Assembly: GCA_032230645.1 (NCBI GenBank)
Contig: JAVXWN010000054.1
Coordinates: 1,511 to 65,510 of the forward strand
Direction: 5' to 3'
Length of the DNA stretch: 64,000 nt
Origin: Acidobacteriota bacterium
Lineage (GTDB): Bacteria > Acidobacteriota > Blastocatellia > Pyrinomonadales > Pyrinomonadaceae
In this document: positions 38,321-48,645 of the stretch, piece after piece
How positions within the stretch are numbered: position 1 is the first letter of the stretch
Layout of the letters: every line of letters begins with the position of its first letter
The notes under the pieces: generated by a model
What the model was told of the DNA's origin: nothing
Databases searched by the model: none
What the model saw: only the letters and a program-made list of their open reading frames with translations
Program-made: the position numbers and the translations under genes

Positions 38321-41300
38321 TTAGAACTCGAAGCGCACGGCGAGCTGAACCTGACGCTCGCGGAAGAAGAAGCCGTCAGCGCCGGTTGTGGTGCCGAACG
38401 AGGGATTGTAAGTCGCAAATACCGCGTTCGAGCCAAAGGGACACGTACCGGTTGTGCCGGTTCCGCTACAGATGTTGTAGATCGTGTTATTAACGCTCGT
38501 CACCTGCGTGCGGTTGAAGATGTTGAAGCCCTCGGCTATCAGCTCCAACTTCGTCTTCTCTGTAATGCTGAAGCGGCGCGAGATGCGCATGTCTGTGTAC
38601 CAGATGTTCGGCTGCTTGAAGAAGTTGGGCGCGACCTGCGCGAAACGGAGCGAGCCGTTCGAGCCGTTCACGCCACCGGCCTGACTGAAGCCAAAGACGC
38701 CGCTGACGCTGGAACCTGAAGTGTTCCCGGTGTAGCGCGCCCCGGAGAAGGCGTTGAAGATCGGCGCAATCGTCCAGCCGTTAAAGATCGCGCGTCCAAC
38801 CTTATTGTCCTTCAAGCTGGCGAACGCAGTGTTGTAGACAAGACTCGCTACAAGCTTGTGCCGCCTGTCGAAAGCCGAGAGACTTTTCTCGCCGGACGGG
38901 TTGAAGGGATCGAAGGGGCCCGAGAAGCTAGGCGTAAAGGTCGTCGAGGTCTGGCCGTTGTCCGATGCCCTTGAGAGCGTGTAGCTGCTCTGGAACTGGA
39001 GGCCGTTCGTCAGACGACGGTTTGCCTGCAACACCAGCGCGTGGTATTTCGACGAGACGTTGCTGGTAATCTGATCGATGAAACCGAAGCTGGTGTTCGG
39101 TCGCGTCGCCCCTAAGTAGTAGGGGAATGTCCAAGTCTGACCCGCGAAGGGGCCGTCCACGATGTTGACGCTTCTGGTGGTCGTCGTCGGGCTCAGGTTG
39201 ACATCAACGAAGCTCGGGAGGTACTTCCCGAAGCTGAAGAGATAAGAGGCGGAGACCACCGTGTTGCGCATGATCTGACGCTCAAAGACAAGGTCGCCCT
39301 GATGGATCATCGGATTCTGGAAGCCGCTCTGGAAGAACTGAACGCCTGCCGTGCCCGAAGGTGCTGCGGCCAAAATGTTGGGGAAGATTGGCGCAGTCGG
39401 ATTGCCCGCGGCGGTAGCAGGGTTAGTGGCAGGCGCTATCGAACTGACAACTTGGCCGCTTGCAAGGCCGGTGTTAATCAGCGAGTTGATGATGGTCGAG
39501 CCAATCACGCGCCCGTAGTAGATTCCGTAGCCACCGCGCAAGCTCGTCTTGCCGTCGCCGGTCATATCCAACGCGAAACCGATGCGCGGGCCGAAGTTGT
39601 TCTTGTCGCTCGGCCTGTTCGCCGTTTGCGGCAAGGCGGGATTGACGAGGAAAGGCTGCGGAAACTTCTCGTACTCCCAACGCAGGCCGAGGTTGAGGGT
39701 CAGGCGCGGCGTCACGCGCCAGTCATCCTGCGCGAAGAAAGCATAGTCAACAGTCGAGAGCGCAAAACGAGGCGGGCCGAAACCTTGCGCGAAGTTGCTG
39801 GTGTAGCACTTACCCGCGAGGCGTGTGCTGGTCGCGCACTGCTTATTCGCCGCCCGCAATGACCCGCTCGTGGTGAAGTTCACGTAATCGACGATGAAGT
39901 CATTGACGTTGGAGTAGGTATAAGAACCGGCTCCGGTGAACAGGTTGTCGTCGATGTCGTGAACATGACTAATATCGGTGCCCCACTTGAACGTATGGTT
40001 CCCCGTAGTGAAAGTCATGGTGTCGGCGAACTGATAGCGCTTCTCATCCGGCAGGGCTTTCCGATCTAAGGATGTCGCCTTACCAAAGGTGATGCCGTTT
40101 GTCAGGGCGACCTGTGGGGAGTTGCCGTCCGCCGTGGTCGGCTCGCCCGGTAGCGGCGGATTGGCGATCTGCGAGTCAAGCTCATGCGACCAAAGGAAGC
40201 GACCCTCGTTGAGCAGCTTGTTTGTGAGCGTCGAGGTGAGACGTAGGTTGACGGAATCAGCGGTGACGAAGTCATCGCCGAAGCCTGCGCGGTCGCGCGT
40301 CACCGTCGCCGCTGTTTGCACTCCCGCAGGCGAAGCCCAACGCAAGCGGTTGTAGGTCGCCGTGAGTGTGTTCTTCGGAGTGATGTTCCAGTCCAGCTTC
40401 GGAAAGAAGAGTTTCTGACCACCTTTGCGCGGCACCTCACCCGTCAGGCTATTGATGAAGCTCACAGCCGAATCAATCTGAGCAGTGGTTAATCCTCTGG
40501 CCGCCGCGGTAAGCAGAGTGCTATTGACGCCGTTTGTCGAAGAGCCGGTGACGGGGTTCAGATAACCGGCATTAACGAACCGGGCGATGCCGGGGAAGTT
40601 GCGTTTCTGCTGGTCGTAGCTGAAGAAGAAGAAAGCCTTGTCCTTCACGATGGGCCCGCCGATGGTGCCGCCGAACTGATAACGCACATCCTTCGGCTTG
40701 AGTCCGACGGGCGTTAAAACCCCGTTCACAAATTGGTTGATGGTACTGAGTGGGTTGCGCGCTCCCCACTTGTTGTTACGGTCGTAGAGAAAACCCGAGC
40801 CGTGGAACTCGTTGGTGCCGGACTTGGTGACGGCGTTGATTACGCCACCCGCCGAACGTCCGTACTCAGCCGAGTAGTTTGAGGTGTTGACCTGAAACTC
40901 GCGAATCGCGGCTTGGCTGACCGAGTAGCCGATGCGCGTGCGCCCGCGCTCCTCCGAGAAGAACGCTTGGTTGTTGTCGCCGCCATCAACCGTATTGTTG
41001 TTGAGCAAGCCTGAGATGCCGCGGAAACTTATGAGTCCGAACGTGCCGTCGGGAACCGTGCCCGGCGTCAGAATCGCAAGGTTAGACCATCGGCGACCGT
41101 TGGTCGGAAGATTATTGATAGAGACCTGATTAATGTTGGTAGAGAAGTCTTGCTGCGTGGTGTTAATGGCTGGCGCTTCGCTCGTCACCTGGACGGTCTC
41201 CTGCGCTCCGCCGACGGTGAGAGCAGCGTCGATGGACGTGACGCGCCCGACTTCGACCACGACCTTCTGCTGTGTGAAGGCGGAGAAGCCCGAGGCGTTG

Positions 41301-41566
41301 ATCGTCACGCTGTAGTTGCCCGGGTCGAGCTGCACGACGCGGAAGCGCCCCTCGCTGTCGGTCGTGGCGGAGGTCTCCTTGTTCGTCTCCTCATTCTTGA
41401 CGGTGATTGCGGCGTTCGCGACGACCGCGCCCTGCGGGTCTTTCACCGTGCCGCCGACTGCACCCTGCGTCGTGGATTGTGCCGCGGCGTTAGCCGCGCC
41501 GAAGGCGAGGCAGAAAAAAAGCAAGGCCAGCGCGCAGGCTGACTTGCAGAGGGGATGTTTCGACAT
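38321..41566 (-). CDS. TonB-dependent receptor with a carboxypeptidase-regulatory-like N-terminal domain
   Basis: 1081 aa. Signal peptide, then GTVKDPQGAVVANAAITVKNEETNKETSATTDSEGRFRVVQLDPGNYSV. The C-terminus ...QLAVRFEF ends in an aromatic residue. Confidence 0.85.
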   Translation of the reverse strand: MSKHPLCKSACALALLFFCLAFGAANAAAQSTTQGAVGGTVKDPQGAVVANAAITVKNEETNKETSATTDSEGRFRVVQLDPGNYSVTINASGFSAFTQQKVVVEVGRVTSIDAALTVGGAQETVQVTSEAPAINTTQQDFSTNINQVSINNLPTNGRRWSNLAILTPGTVPDGTFGLISFRGISGLLNNNTVDGGDNNQAFFSEERGRTRIGYSVSQAAIREFQVNTSNYSAEYGRSAGGVINAVTKSGTNEFHGSGFLYDRNNKWGARNPLSTINQFVNGVLTPVGLKPKDVRYQFGGTIGGPIVKDKAFFFFSYDQQKRNFPGIARFVNAGYLNPVTGSSTNGVNSTLLTAAARGLTTAQIDSAVSFINSLTGEVPRKGGQKLFFPKLDWNITPKNTLTATYNRLRWASPAGVQTAATVTRDRAGFGDDFVTADSVNLRLTSTLTNKLLNEGRFLWSHELDSQIANPPLPGEPTTADGNSPQVALTNGITFGKATSLDRKALPDEKRYQFADTMTFTTGNHTFKWGTDISHVHDIDDNLFTGAGSYTYSNVNDFIVDYVNFTTSGSLRAANKQCATSTRLAGKCYTSNFAQGFGPPRFALSTVDYAFFAQDDWRVTPRLTLNLGLRWEYEKFPQPFLVNPALPQTANRPSDKNNFGPRIGFALDMTGDGKTSLRGGYGIYYGRVIGSTIINSLINTGLASGQVVSSIAPATNPATAAGNPTAPIFPNILAAAPSGTAGVQFFQSGFQNPMIHQGDLVFERQIMRNTVVSASYLFSFGKYLPSFVDVNLSPTTTTRSVNIVDGPFAGQTWTFPYYLGATRPNTSFGFIDQITSNVSSKYHALVLQANRRLTNGLQFQSSYTLSRASDNGQTSTTFTPSFSGPFDPFNPSGEKSLSAFDRRHKLVASLVYNTAFASLKDNKVGRAIFNGWTIAPIFNAFSGARYTGNTSGSSVSGVFGFSQAGGVNGSNGSLRFAQVAPNFFKQPNIWYTDMRISRRFSITEKTKLELIAEGFNIFNRTQVTSVNNTIYNICSGTGTTGTCPFGSNAVFATYNPSFGTTTGADGFFFRERQVQLAVRFEF

Positions 41567-42153
41567 ATTTCTTCCTTTTCCTGCGAAGTTTGTTGCGGTT
41601 GGTTCGGGACTCGGGTGCCATACTTTCCACGTCTCCCGAAGATGTCGGCTGACCTGTTTGATTGAAAGATGGCAAGCTAAGAGAACTAAGACTTATAACA
41701 TACGGGAAGATGTTTTCGCGAGCCTGACGACGGCGGAAACGTGATGTTAAATACTACATTTCCACCCACGCGCGCAAGGTTAAAAAAGGTAACGAGAGCC
41801 GCACATTCACGCCCCCGGCGGCAGACGGTTTTCACCTGCTGCGGGCGGACAGATTTCCGTCCGAAAACATGAATCAAAAGTCCAAAAAATCGGATGTGCG
41901 TGGCGAGCTTCGTTTGTCAAAGCGACAGGGCATGCAGAAGCTTCTCCCGCATAACTAGAACAACGGGAAAGGCTTTCGGACTTCCGGTTTAAGTGCGCCC
42001 TTCAAGGCAACAATTCATCATGTGCCTGCACGACCTGACAAAACAAAAAGCATGCCAGCAAGATAAGTTGGCAGCGCCAACGAAAGTGGCGTGCGAAGTG
42101 TTTTCGTGCTCGTGGCTTCAACCGGAATTTCCGAGGCGGGGAAGTAAGAAGGA

Positions 42154-42194
42154 TTGAGGGATTGATTCATTTTTCCGATGAGTCAATCCCTCAA
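42154..42194 (-). terminator. 12-bp-stem hairpin downstream of the thiolase gene
   Basis: TTGAGGGATTGA pairs with TCAATCCCTCAA. Confidence 0.55.
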
Positions 42195-42210
42195 CCCCTT
42201 CGTCCTTCCG

Positions 42211-43392
42211 TTAGACTCGTTCGAAGATGATGGCAATGCCCTGACCGCCGCCGATGCAGGCCGAGGCGAGACCGTAGCGGCCGTTGCGGCGCTTGAGTTC
42301 GTTCATAGCCGTGAGCACGAGGCGCGTCCCCGATGCTCCGAGCGGGTGGCCAAGGGCGATTGCGCCGCCGTTGACGTTCGTCTTCGAGCGGTCGAGCCCC
42401 AACTCCTTCTCGACGGCGAGATACTGGCAGGCGAATGCTTCGTTGACCTCGACGAGATCAATGTCGGAGAGCTTCAGGCTCGCCTTCTCAAGCGCCTTGC
42501 GAATCGCGGGGACAGGGCCGATGCCCATCAAGTCAGGCTCGACGCCCGCGTAGGCCCAAGAGACGATACGCGCCACGGGTTGCGCGGCGTGCTCTTTCAT
42601 ATAGTCTTCGCCCGCGATGACGAGAGCAGCCGCGCCGTCTACGATGCCGGAGGCGTTGCCCGCAGTGACGAAGCCGTCCTTACTGAAAGCGGTTGGCAGT
42701 TTCGCAAGCACTTCGAGCGTCGTTTCGGGACGCAGGTGGTCGTCCGCGTCAACGACCTTCACGCCCTTGCGCGTCTTCACTTCGACGGGAACTATCTCTT
42801 CGGCGAAGATACCGGCGGCGCGTGCGCGCGCGGCCTCCTGTTGCGAACGGAGCGCGTATGCGTCCTGCTCCTCACGCGAGATTTCGTACTTGCGCGCGAG
42901 GTTCTCGGCCGTGCCCGCCATCGTCGTGTTGCAGTAGGTGTCTAAGAGCGCGACCATCAAAGAGTCTTCCAGCTTGCCCTGACCCAGAGCGAAGCCGGAG
43001 CGCGCGCCGTAGATGACGTGCGGAGCCATTGACATGGACTCCATGCCGCCGACGAGCGCGGTGCGCCCCTCGCCCAGAAGAATCATGTGCGCGCCCGAAA
43101 TGATTGATTGAATGCCGCTGCCGCAGAGCCGGTTGACGGTGAGAGCGGGGCGGTCGGCGGGCACGCCCGCCTTCAGCGCGACGTGGCGCGCTCCGTAGAT
43201 GGCATCGCCCGAGGTCTGGAGCGCGTTGCCGATGACGGTGTGGTCTATCTCTTCGGCCGCAACGCCCGCAGCTTCAAGCGCGCCACGCGCAGCCGTCGCG
43301 CCGAGGTCAATCGCCTTCACGTCCTTGAGCGCGCCGACGTACTGAGTCATCGGCGTGCGCTTGCCGCCGAGAATGAAAATGTCCTGAGTCAT
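42211..43392 (-). CDS. acetyl-CoA acetyltransferase (thiolase II)
   Basis: MTQDIFILGGKRTPM, NRLCGSGIQS, NEAFA and GGAIALGHPLGASG...CIGGGQG. Confidence 0.93.
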   Translation of the reverse strand: MTQDIFILGGKRTPMTQYVGALKDVKAIDLGATAARGALEAAGVAAEEIDHTVIGNALQTSGDAIYGARHVALKAGVPADRPALTVNRLCGSGIQSIISGAHMILLGEGRTALVGGMESMSMAPHVIYGARSGFALGQGKLEDSLMVALLDTYCNTTMAGTAENLARKYEISREEQDAYALRSQQEAARARAAGIFAEEIVPVEVKTRKGVKVVDADDHLRPETTLEVLAKLPTAFSKDGFVTAGNASGIVDGAAALVIAGEDYMKEHAAQPVARIVSWAYAGVEPDLMGIGPVPAIRKALEKASLKLSDIDLVEVNEAFACQYLAVEKELGLDRSKTNVNGGAIALGHPLGASGTRLVLTAMNELKRRNGRYGLASACIGGGQGIAIIFERV

Positions 43393-43500
43393 AGTGTTGA
43401 TTAGATGTGCCTCTCCGAGAAAAATCTGCCCGCCAAAATAACCCCGCAGTGTAGACGACCCCGCGCGCACGCGTCAATTTCGGCACAATGCCGCGCCTTT

Positions 43501-44322
43501 TTAGTCGGAGAAGCGGTGCGTGGCGCGATAGCGTTGAAGCAACTCTTCGAGGAAGCCTTCATATGTGAAGGCCGCCGGGTCATAGTCGGGTCGAAGCTTG
43601 TAGAGCAGGGGCGTTGCGACTCGCCAAGCCATCCATTGCCGGGGCATCTCTTCCATATCCCAGCGACGGCGTAGGAACGCTTCGACCACTTCGACTTCGC
43701 GTTCGTTGAGCGCGGAGAGTTCGGCGCGAAAGGGCATGGGCTTGAATGAGCGCCTGAGCGCCGCGTCCGAGGTCGGCGCGGAGAAGACTTGATCGAAGGT
43801 TGGCGCTTGCGCCTCGCGCTCGCGCACGACCACAGTGCCCGCGACGAGGTCGCCCACGCGCTGGTCGCGGCTGGTAACGAAGACCGAGATGAGCCCGACC
43901 GAGTAGAAGGGGAATGGCTCCATATCGAGTATGCGGACGAGGTTTCGCGCCGTGGCCTCCCAGAAGGTGACGGGTCGCCCGTCCTCTCGTATCACGCGCA
44001 GGCGCAGCCAACGCTTGCCCGGCGTCTGTCCCGCCCAAGCCCACTCGAAGAGCACGAAGTAACCTGACCAGACGACGAAGACCGAGACGACGAGCAGCGC
44101 AATCATCCACTTTGGCGCGCCCTTCACCCAGCGGCCGAGGTCGGAGAAGCCAACCCACCAGAAGATGGCGAAGGCCCCGACGGCGATGACGAGTATTTGC
44201 AGGAAGTGGTCAAAGGCGCACGCGAGGAAACGGTTGCCCGTCGAGGCCAGAGCGAAGTGCAGCGGCACACGCTCCGGCGTCTCGATGACAAGTGTCTCGT
44301 CGGTTGTGACGACTGCCGACAT
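43501..44322 (-). CDS. RDD-family membrane protein
   Basis: GNRFLACAFDHFLQ, TM helices, and a GQTPGKRWLRLRVI segment. Confidence 0.6.
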   Translation of the reverse strand: MSAVVTTDETLVIETPERVPLHFALASTGNRFLACAFDHFLQILVIAVGAFAIFWWVGFSDLGRWVKGAPKWMIALLVVSVFVVWSGYFVLFEWAWAGQTPGKRWLRLRVIREDGRPVTFWEATARNLVRILDMEPFPFYSVGLISVFVTSRDQRVGDLVAGTVVVREREAQAPTFDQVFSAPTSDAALRRSFKPMPFRAELSALNEREVEVVEAFLRRRWDMEEMPRQWMAWRVATPLLYKLRPDYDPAAFTYEGFLEELLQRYRATHRFSD

Positions 44323-44363
44323 AACAGTGAAGTGCCGAAGCGACGTGTAATGACTACCGGCAA

Positions 44364-45668
44364 TTATTGGATTTTCGCCAACTCTTTCATGATGTTGGGA
44401 AGTGCGCCCCGTACACGCATGAAGCGACGCTTGCCTACTTGAACAAGAATCTGTTCGCCTGCGCCTAAATACAATTCGCCTCTGTTAAGTGGTCCGACAA
44501 CGTCAACCTCTTCCAGTTTCGACGGGTATTCCAGTTTCGATTCTAAATGTACACGTTCGCCGTCAACTCTCGCGCCACCCTGCTCGATGAGGCGACGTGC
44601 CTCTGCCATCGAGGGCGCGAGGCCGATTTCAACAAGCAGGTGCGTCAGCTTCCATGTCCGCGCAGCAACCGTGCGCTCTTCGACCTCGTCGGGCACTTCC
44701 TTGTTGCGGAACCTGCGGACGAACTCCTCTTCGGCGTCGTCGGCATCGGCCGTAGAGTGAAAGTCGGCGATGATGCGCTTGGCGAGACCGACCTTGAAGT
44801 CGCGCGGGTTGTCTTCGCCGTACTCGGCGCGCTCGCGCATCCATTTGATGTCGTTGACTGTCAGGTCGGTCAGCAATTCGTAGTAGCGCCACATCAGTTC
44901 GTCGGAGATGGACATGAGCTTGCCGAACATCTCCGAGGGCGGCTCGTCGATGCCGATGTAGTTGCCGAGAGACTTCGACATCTTCTGCACGCCGTCGGTG
45001 CCTTCCAAGAGGGGCGTGATGAGCGCGACCTGCGGCGGCTGCCCGTACTCGCGTTGGAGGTTGCGCCCCATCAGGAGGTTGAACTTCTGGTCGGTGCCGC
45101 CAAGCTCGACATCAGCTTCGAGCGCGACCGAGTCGTAGGCTTGCGTGAGCGGGTAGAGCAGTTCGTGGAGCGCGACGGGGCGCTCTTCCGTGATGCGCTT
45201 CTGAAAGTCGTCGCGCTCTAAAATTTGTTTGACCGTGACATGCGAGGCGAGGCGGACGAAGCCGCCCGCGCCGAGCTTGTTCATCCACTCGGAGTTGAAA
45301 CGTATCTCCGTCTTATCCGGGTCGAGCAGCTTGAAGATTTGCTTCTTATAAGTCTCGGCGTTGGCGTCTATCTCTTCGCGCGTGAGTTGTGGGCGCGTCG
45401 AGTTCTTGCCCGAGGGATCGCCGATGAGAGCCGTGAAGTCGCCGATGAGAAAGATGACGGTGTGGCCCAACTCCTGAAAGTGCCGGAGCTTGCGTATGAC
45501 GACCGTGTGGCCGAGGTGTATGTCGGGCGCGGTCGGGTCTGCACCGAGCTTGATGCGAAGGGGCTTGCCCGTCTGCGCGCTCTGCTCAAGCTTCGCACGC
45601 AAGTCCTCTTCGCGGATGACCTCGACCGCGCCCTTGCGCAGTAATTCAAGTTGCTCGTCAATCGTCAT
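44364..45668 (-). CDS. tyrS: tyrosine--tRNA ligase
   Basis: HIGH-type motif DIHLGH, KMSKS motif, and a C-terminal S4-like domain. Confidence 0.93.
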   Translation of the reverse strand: MTIDEQLELLRKGAVEVIREEDLRAKLEQSAQTGKPLRIKLGADPTAPDIHLGHTVVIRKLRHFQELGHTVIFLIGDFTALIGDPSGKNSTRPQLTREEIDANAETYKKQIFKLLDPDKTEIRFNSEWMNKLGAGGFVRLASHVTVKQILERDDFQKRITEERPVALHELLYPLTQAYDSVALEADVELGGTDQKFNLLMGRNLQREYGQPPQVALITPLLEGTDGVQKMSKSLGNYIGIDEPPSEMFGKLMSISDELMWRYYELLTDLTVNDIKWMRERAEYGEDNPRDFKVGLAKRIIADFHSTADADDAEEEFVRRFRNKEVPDEVEERTVAARTWKLTHLLVEIGLAPSMAEARRLIEQGGARVDGERVHLESKLEYPSKLEEVDVVGPLNRGELYLGAGEQILVQVGKRRFMRVRGALPNIMKELAKIQ

Positions 45669-45676
45669 ATGGGGAA

Positions 45677-46309
45677 TTATAAACAGGGATGGACAGGATG
45701 AGAAGAACGATGAACGATGACGCGCCGCCCTTTGATTTCGTAGCCGCCGCAGACGAGGGCGAGGGCCTCCGGGTAAGTCTTGTGCTCTTCAACGAGGATG
45801 CGCGCGGCGAGCGTGTCGGGCGTGTCATCGTCGAGGACGGGGACGACGCGCTGCGCGATGATGGGGCCGCCATCAAGCGTCTCGTCTACGAAGTGGACGG
45901 TGCAGCCCGAGTATTTGACGCCGTGAGCGATGGCCTGTCGCTGCGCGTCGAGGCCGGGGAAGGCGGGCAGCAGCGAAGGATGTATGTTGAGCACGCGACC
46001 GCGAAACTCTTCGATGAAGCAGGGCGAGAGCAGTCGCATGTAGCCCGCGAGACAGACTAGCTCGACGCCGTGCTCGCGCAAACGGGCGATGACCTCGCGC
46101 TCGTGCTCCTCGCGCGTGCGCCCGCGTCGCTCGACGAACGCGGTCTCTATGCCACGCCCGCGCGCGCGTGCGAGCCCCGCAGCTTCCGGCTTGTCGCTTA
46201 AGACGATGGCGACCAGCGCGCCGGGCACGCGCCCCGCGCCGACGGCGTCCGCCAGCGCCGTCATGTTCGAGCCGCGCCCCGAGATGAGAATGCCGATTCT
46301 CATAAACAA
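45677..46309 (-). CDS. purN: phosphoribosylglycinamide formyltransferase
   Basis: [21 protein letters not shown] and HFVDE.LD.GPII. Confidence 0.9.
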   Translation of the reverse strand: MFMRIGILISGRGSNMTALADAVGAGRVPGALVAIVLSDKPEAAGLARARGRGIETAFVERRGRTREEHEREVIARLREHGVELVCLAGYMRLLSPCFIEEFRGRVLNIHPSLLPAFPGLDAQRQAIAHGVKYSGCTVHFVDETLDGGPIIAQRVVPVLDDDTPDTLAARILVEEHKTYPEALALVCGGYEIKGRRVIVHRSSHPVHPCL

Positions 46310-46348
46310 TGCTCTTAACTCTGAGTCTCGACCTTTGAACTCTCGAAC

Positions 46349-47407
46349 TCAGACCATCCTGACCTCGCGGTCGCCAGCGACGACGCGCCCTATCGTGAAG
46401 CAGTCCGAGCCGGGGCTGTCGAAGTGGTGGCGGATGGTGTCGGCGTCCGCGTCCGCGCAAATGACGACCATCCCGACGCCCATGTTGAAGGTGCGGTGCA
46501 TTTCGGTGTCGGCCACGTTGCCTATCTCCTGCATGACGCGGAAGACAGGAAGAACGGGCCACGAGCCGCGGTTGATTTCAACGGCCGTACCCTCTGGCAG
46601 TACACGCGGGATGTTTTCGAGCAGCCCGCCGCCGGTGATGTGCGCGAGCGCCTTGACCATCCCCGTGTCGAGCAAGCCTTCGAGCGGGCGCAGGTAACTC
46701 AGGTGCGGTTGCAGGAGAGCCTCGCCCACGCTCATGCCGAGCGCGTCCAAGTGTGTGTCAACTTTATAACCCGCGACCTCGAAGAAGAGCTTGCGCGCGA
46801 GCGAGTAGCCGTTGGTGTGCAAGCCCGCCGAAGGAAGCCCGAGAAGAACGTCGCCCGGCTCGACGCGGCTCCCGTCAATGACCTTCGCGCGACCGACGAC
46901 GCCGACGATGAAGCCCGCCACGTCGTACTCGCCCTCCGAATAGAAGCCGGGCATCTCGGCCGTCTCGCCGCCGAGAAGCACGCACCCGTTCTCGCGACAG
47001 CCGCGCGCAACGCCTTCGACGACCGAGACGATTATCTCCGGCGACAACACGCCCGCCGCCACGTAGTCGAGGAAGAAGAGCGGTCGCGCGCCCTGCACGA
47101 GTATGTCGTTGGTGCAATGGTTGACGAGGTCGCGCCCCACCGTGTCGTGCACGCCCGTCATAAAGGCTATCTTCAGCTTCGTCCCCACGCCGTCGGCCGA
47201 CGCGACGAGCACGGGCTCACTCATGCCGGGGAACGCCCCGTCGAACATCCCGCCAAAGCTCCCAATCTCCGAGAGCGTCCGCGCGTTGAAGGTCGAGCGC
47301 GCCATCCGCTTTATCTTCTCGACCGCCGCATTCGCCGCGTCAATCGAGACGCCCGCGTCGGAGTATGTGATTGATTTGGTCATCAGCTGTCCGGTCGTTG
47401 CCGACAC
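46349..47407 (-). CDS. purM: phosphoribosylformylglycinamidine cyclo-ligase
   Basis: DGVGTK, DLVNHCTNDI, GGETAEMPG and HITGGG. Confidence 0.93.
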   Translation of the reverse strand: MSATTGQLMTKSITYSDAGVSIDAANAAVEKIKRMARSTFNARTLSEIGSFGGMFDGAFPGMSEPVLVASADGVGTKLKIAFMTGVHDTVGRDLVNHCTNDILVQGARPLFFLDYVAAGVLSPEIIVSVVEGVARGCRENGCVLLGGETAEMPGFYSEGEYDVAGFIVGVVGRAKVIDGSRVEPGDVLLGLPSAGLHTNGYSLARKLFFEVAGYKVDTHLDALGMSVGEALLQPHLSYLRPLEGLLDTGMVKALAHITGGGLLENIPRVLPEGTAVEINRGSWPVLPVFRVMQEIGNVADTEMHRTFNMGVGMVVICADADADTIRHHFDSPGSDCFTIGRVVAGDREVRMV

Positions 47408-47454
47408 CTTTTATCGCAGCTTGGCCGTTCACGAAATGATCTGGTTCGTGCTGT

Positions 47455-48558
47455 TCACTTCGCGCGCGTCGGCCTGTTCGCATTCTTGTTGGAGTTCGCG
47501 TTGGCGCGGTCGGGCGTCGGTTTGGGCGCGGGCGGTAGGTCGCCGAAGTCTATGAAGCCGCGCTTGGCCGAGTCGTCACGAAGCGACGGAAGCGCCGCCC
47601 AGATGTCCTGCCCGGCTTTGGGCTCGCGCGCCGCCGTGATCTTGGTGTCGTCCGTCTGGCCGCGCGTCGAGATGGTGATCTCGCCCTGCATGTCCGTGCG
47701 AAAGAGTTTGACGCCAGCGCCCTTCAAACGTTCGAGCGTCTCCGAAGAGGGCAGGCCGTAACGGTTATCCGCGCCCGTCGAGATGACGGCGAAGCGGAAG
47801 CCGCCGCGCTTGAGGAAGTCGGCCGAGGTGGCGTACTTCGAGCCGTGATGTGCGACCTTGAGGACGGACGTGGCGAAGTTCGCGCCGCGCTCGACCATGC
47901 GCCGCTCGGTCTGCTCCTCCGCGTCGCCCGCGAGCAGCATCGAGAACGCGCCATAGTCGAGCCGCATGACGATTGAGTTCGCGTTCGGCTCGTTGCCGCC
48001 CGTGCTCAAGTCTTTCTTCTCGAAGAAGGGCTCGATGGGCGCAAGCACTCGCAGCAACACGCCGTCGCCGAGGTCAATGGCCGTGCCCGGCGTCGCCTTC
48101 TCAAGCTTGATGTTCTTCTGCTGGACAGCCTTGAGGAAGTCGTCGTACTCGCGCGTCGTTTGCGGGTAGCCGCTGTAGAAGACCTGCCCCGTGTTGACGG
48201 CCTTCAAGACTTCGTCGGCCCCGCCAACGTGGTCTGCGTGCGCGTGCGTGGCGATGAGGACATCTATGTGATCAACGCCCGCGCGCTTCAACGCGTCCAG
48301 AATCTTCTTGCCCGCGCCCGGCGGCCCCGCGTCAACGAGCACGGTCTTGCCCGACGGCGCGACTATCAGGATAGAGTCGCCGAGTCCCACGTCGAGCACG
48401 CGTACCTGCAACTCTTTGCCCGAAGCCGCGGGCACTTGCCGCGCGCGGTACTCGTCCCAGCGCGGCTTGAACAGACGCCACCCCGCGAACCCGCCGACCG
48501 CGAGCACGACCAACAACACCGCACCCAAACAACCGCACCCACGCCTACCTTGCGCCAC
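47455..48558 (-). CDS. membrane-anchored MBL-fold hydrolase (ComEC C-terminal-domain-like)
   Basis: N-terminal TM segment, VRVLDVGLGDSILI, and THAHADHVGG. Confidence 0.75.
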   Translation of the reverse strand: MAQGRRGCGCLGAVLLVVLAVGGFAGWRLFKPRWDEYRARQVPAASGKELQVRVLDVGLGDSILIVAPSGKTVLVDAGPPGAGKKILDALKRAGVDHIDVLIATHAHADHVGGADEVLKAVNTGQVFYSGYPQTTREYDDFLKAVQQKNIKLEKATPGTAIDLGDGVLLRVLAPIEPFFEKKDLSTGGNEPNANSIVMRLDYGAFSMLLAGDAEEQTERRMVERGANFATSVLKVAHHGSKYATSADFLKRGGFRFAVISTGADNRYGLPSSETLERLKGAGVKLFRTDMQGEITISTRGQTDDTKITAAREPKAGQDIWAALPSLRDDSAKRGFIDFGDLPPAPKPTPDRANANSNKNANRPTRAK

Positions 48559-48584
48559 TTACGAATTCACCTCCGATAAAATAA

Positions 48585-48645
48585 GGGATGAGGGATAAAT
48601 AAACGGGATGAAGCGATTTCTTATTCATTCCTCCGCCCTCATCCC
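48585..48645. repeat. two-tier hairpin just downstream of purF
   Basis: GGGATGAGGG pairs with CCCTCATCCC on the outside, and GGGATGAA with TTCATTCC on the inside. The left arm shows GGGATGA / GGGATAA heptads. Confidence 0.55.

Noticed and set aside
41801-41860. A cobalamin riboswitch upstream of the TonB-dependent receptor; the reverse strand contains GGTGAAAACC.
   Set aside because: Only this short similarity is present. I could find neither an AGGGAA-type upstream element nor a B12-box-like sequence, so the call is unsupported without a covariance-model scan.
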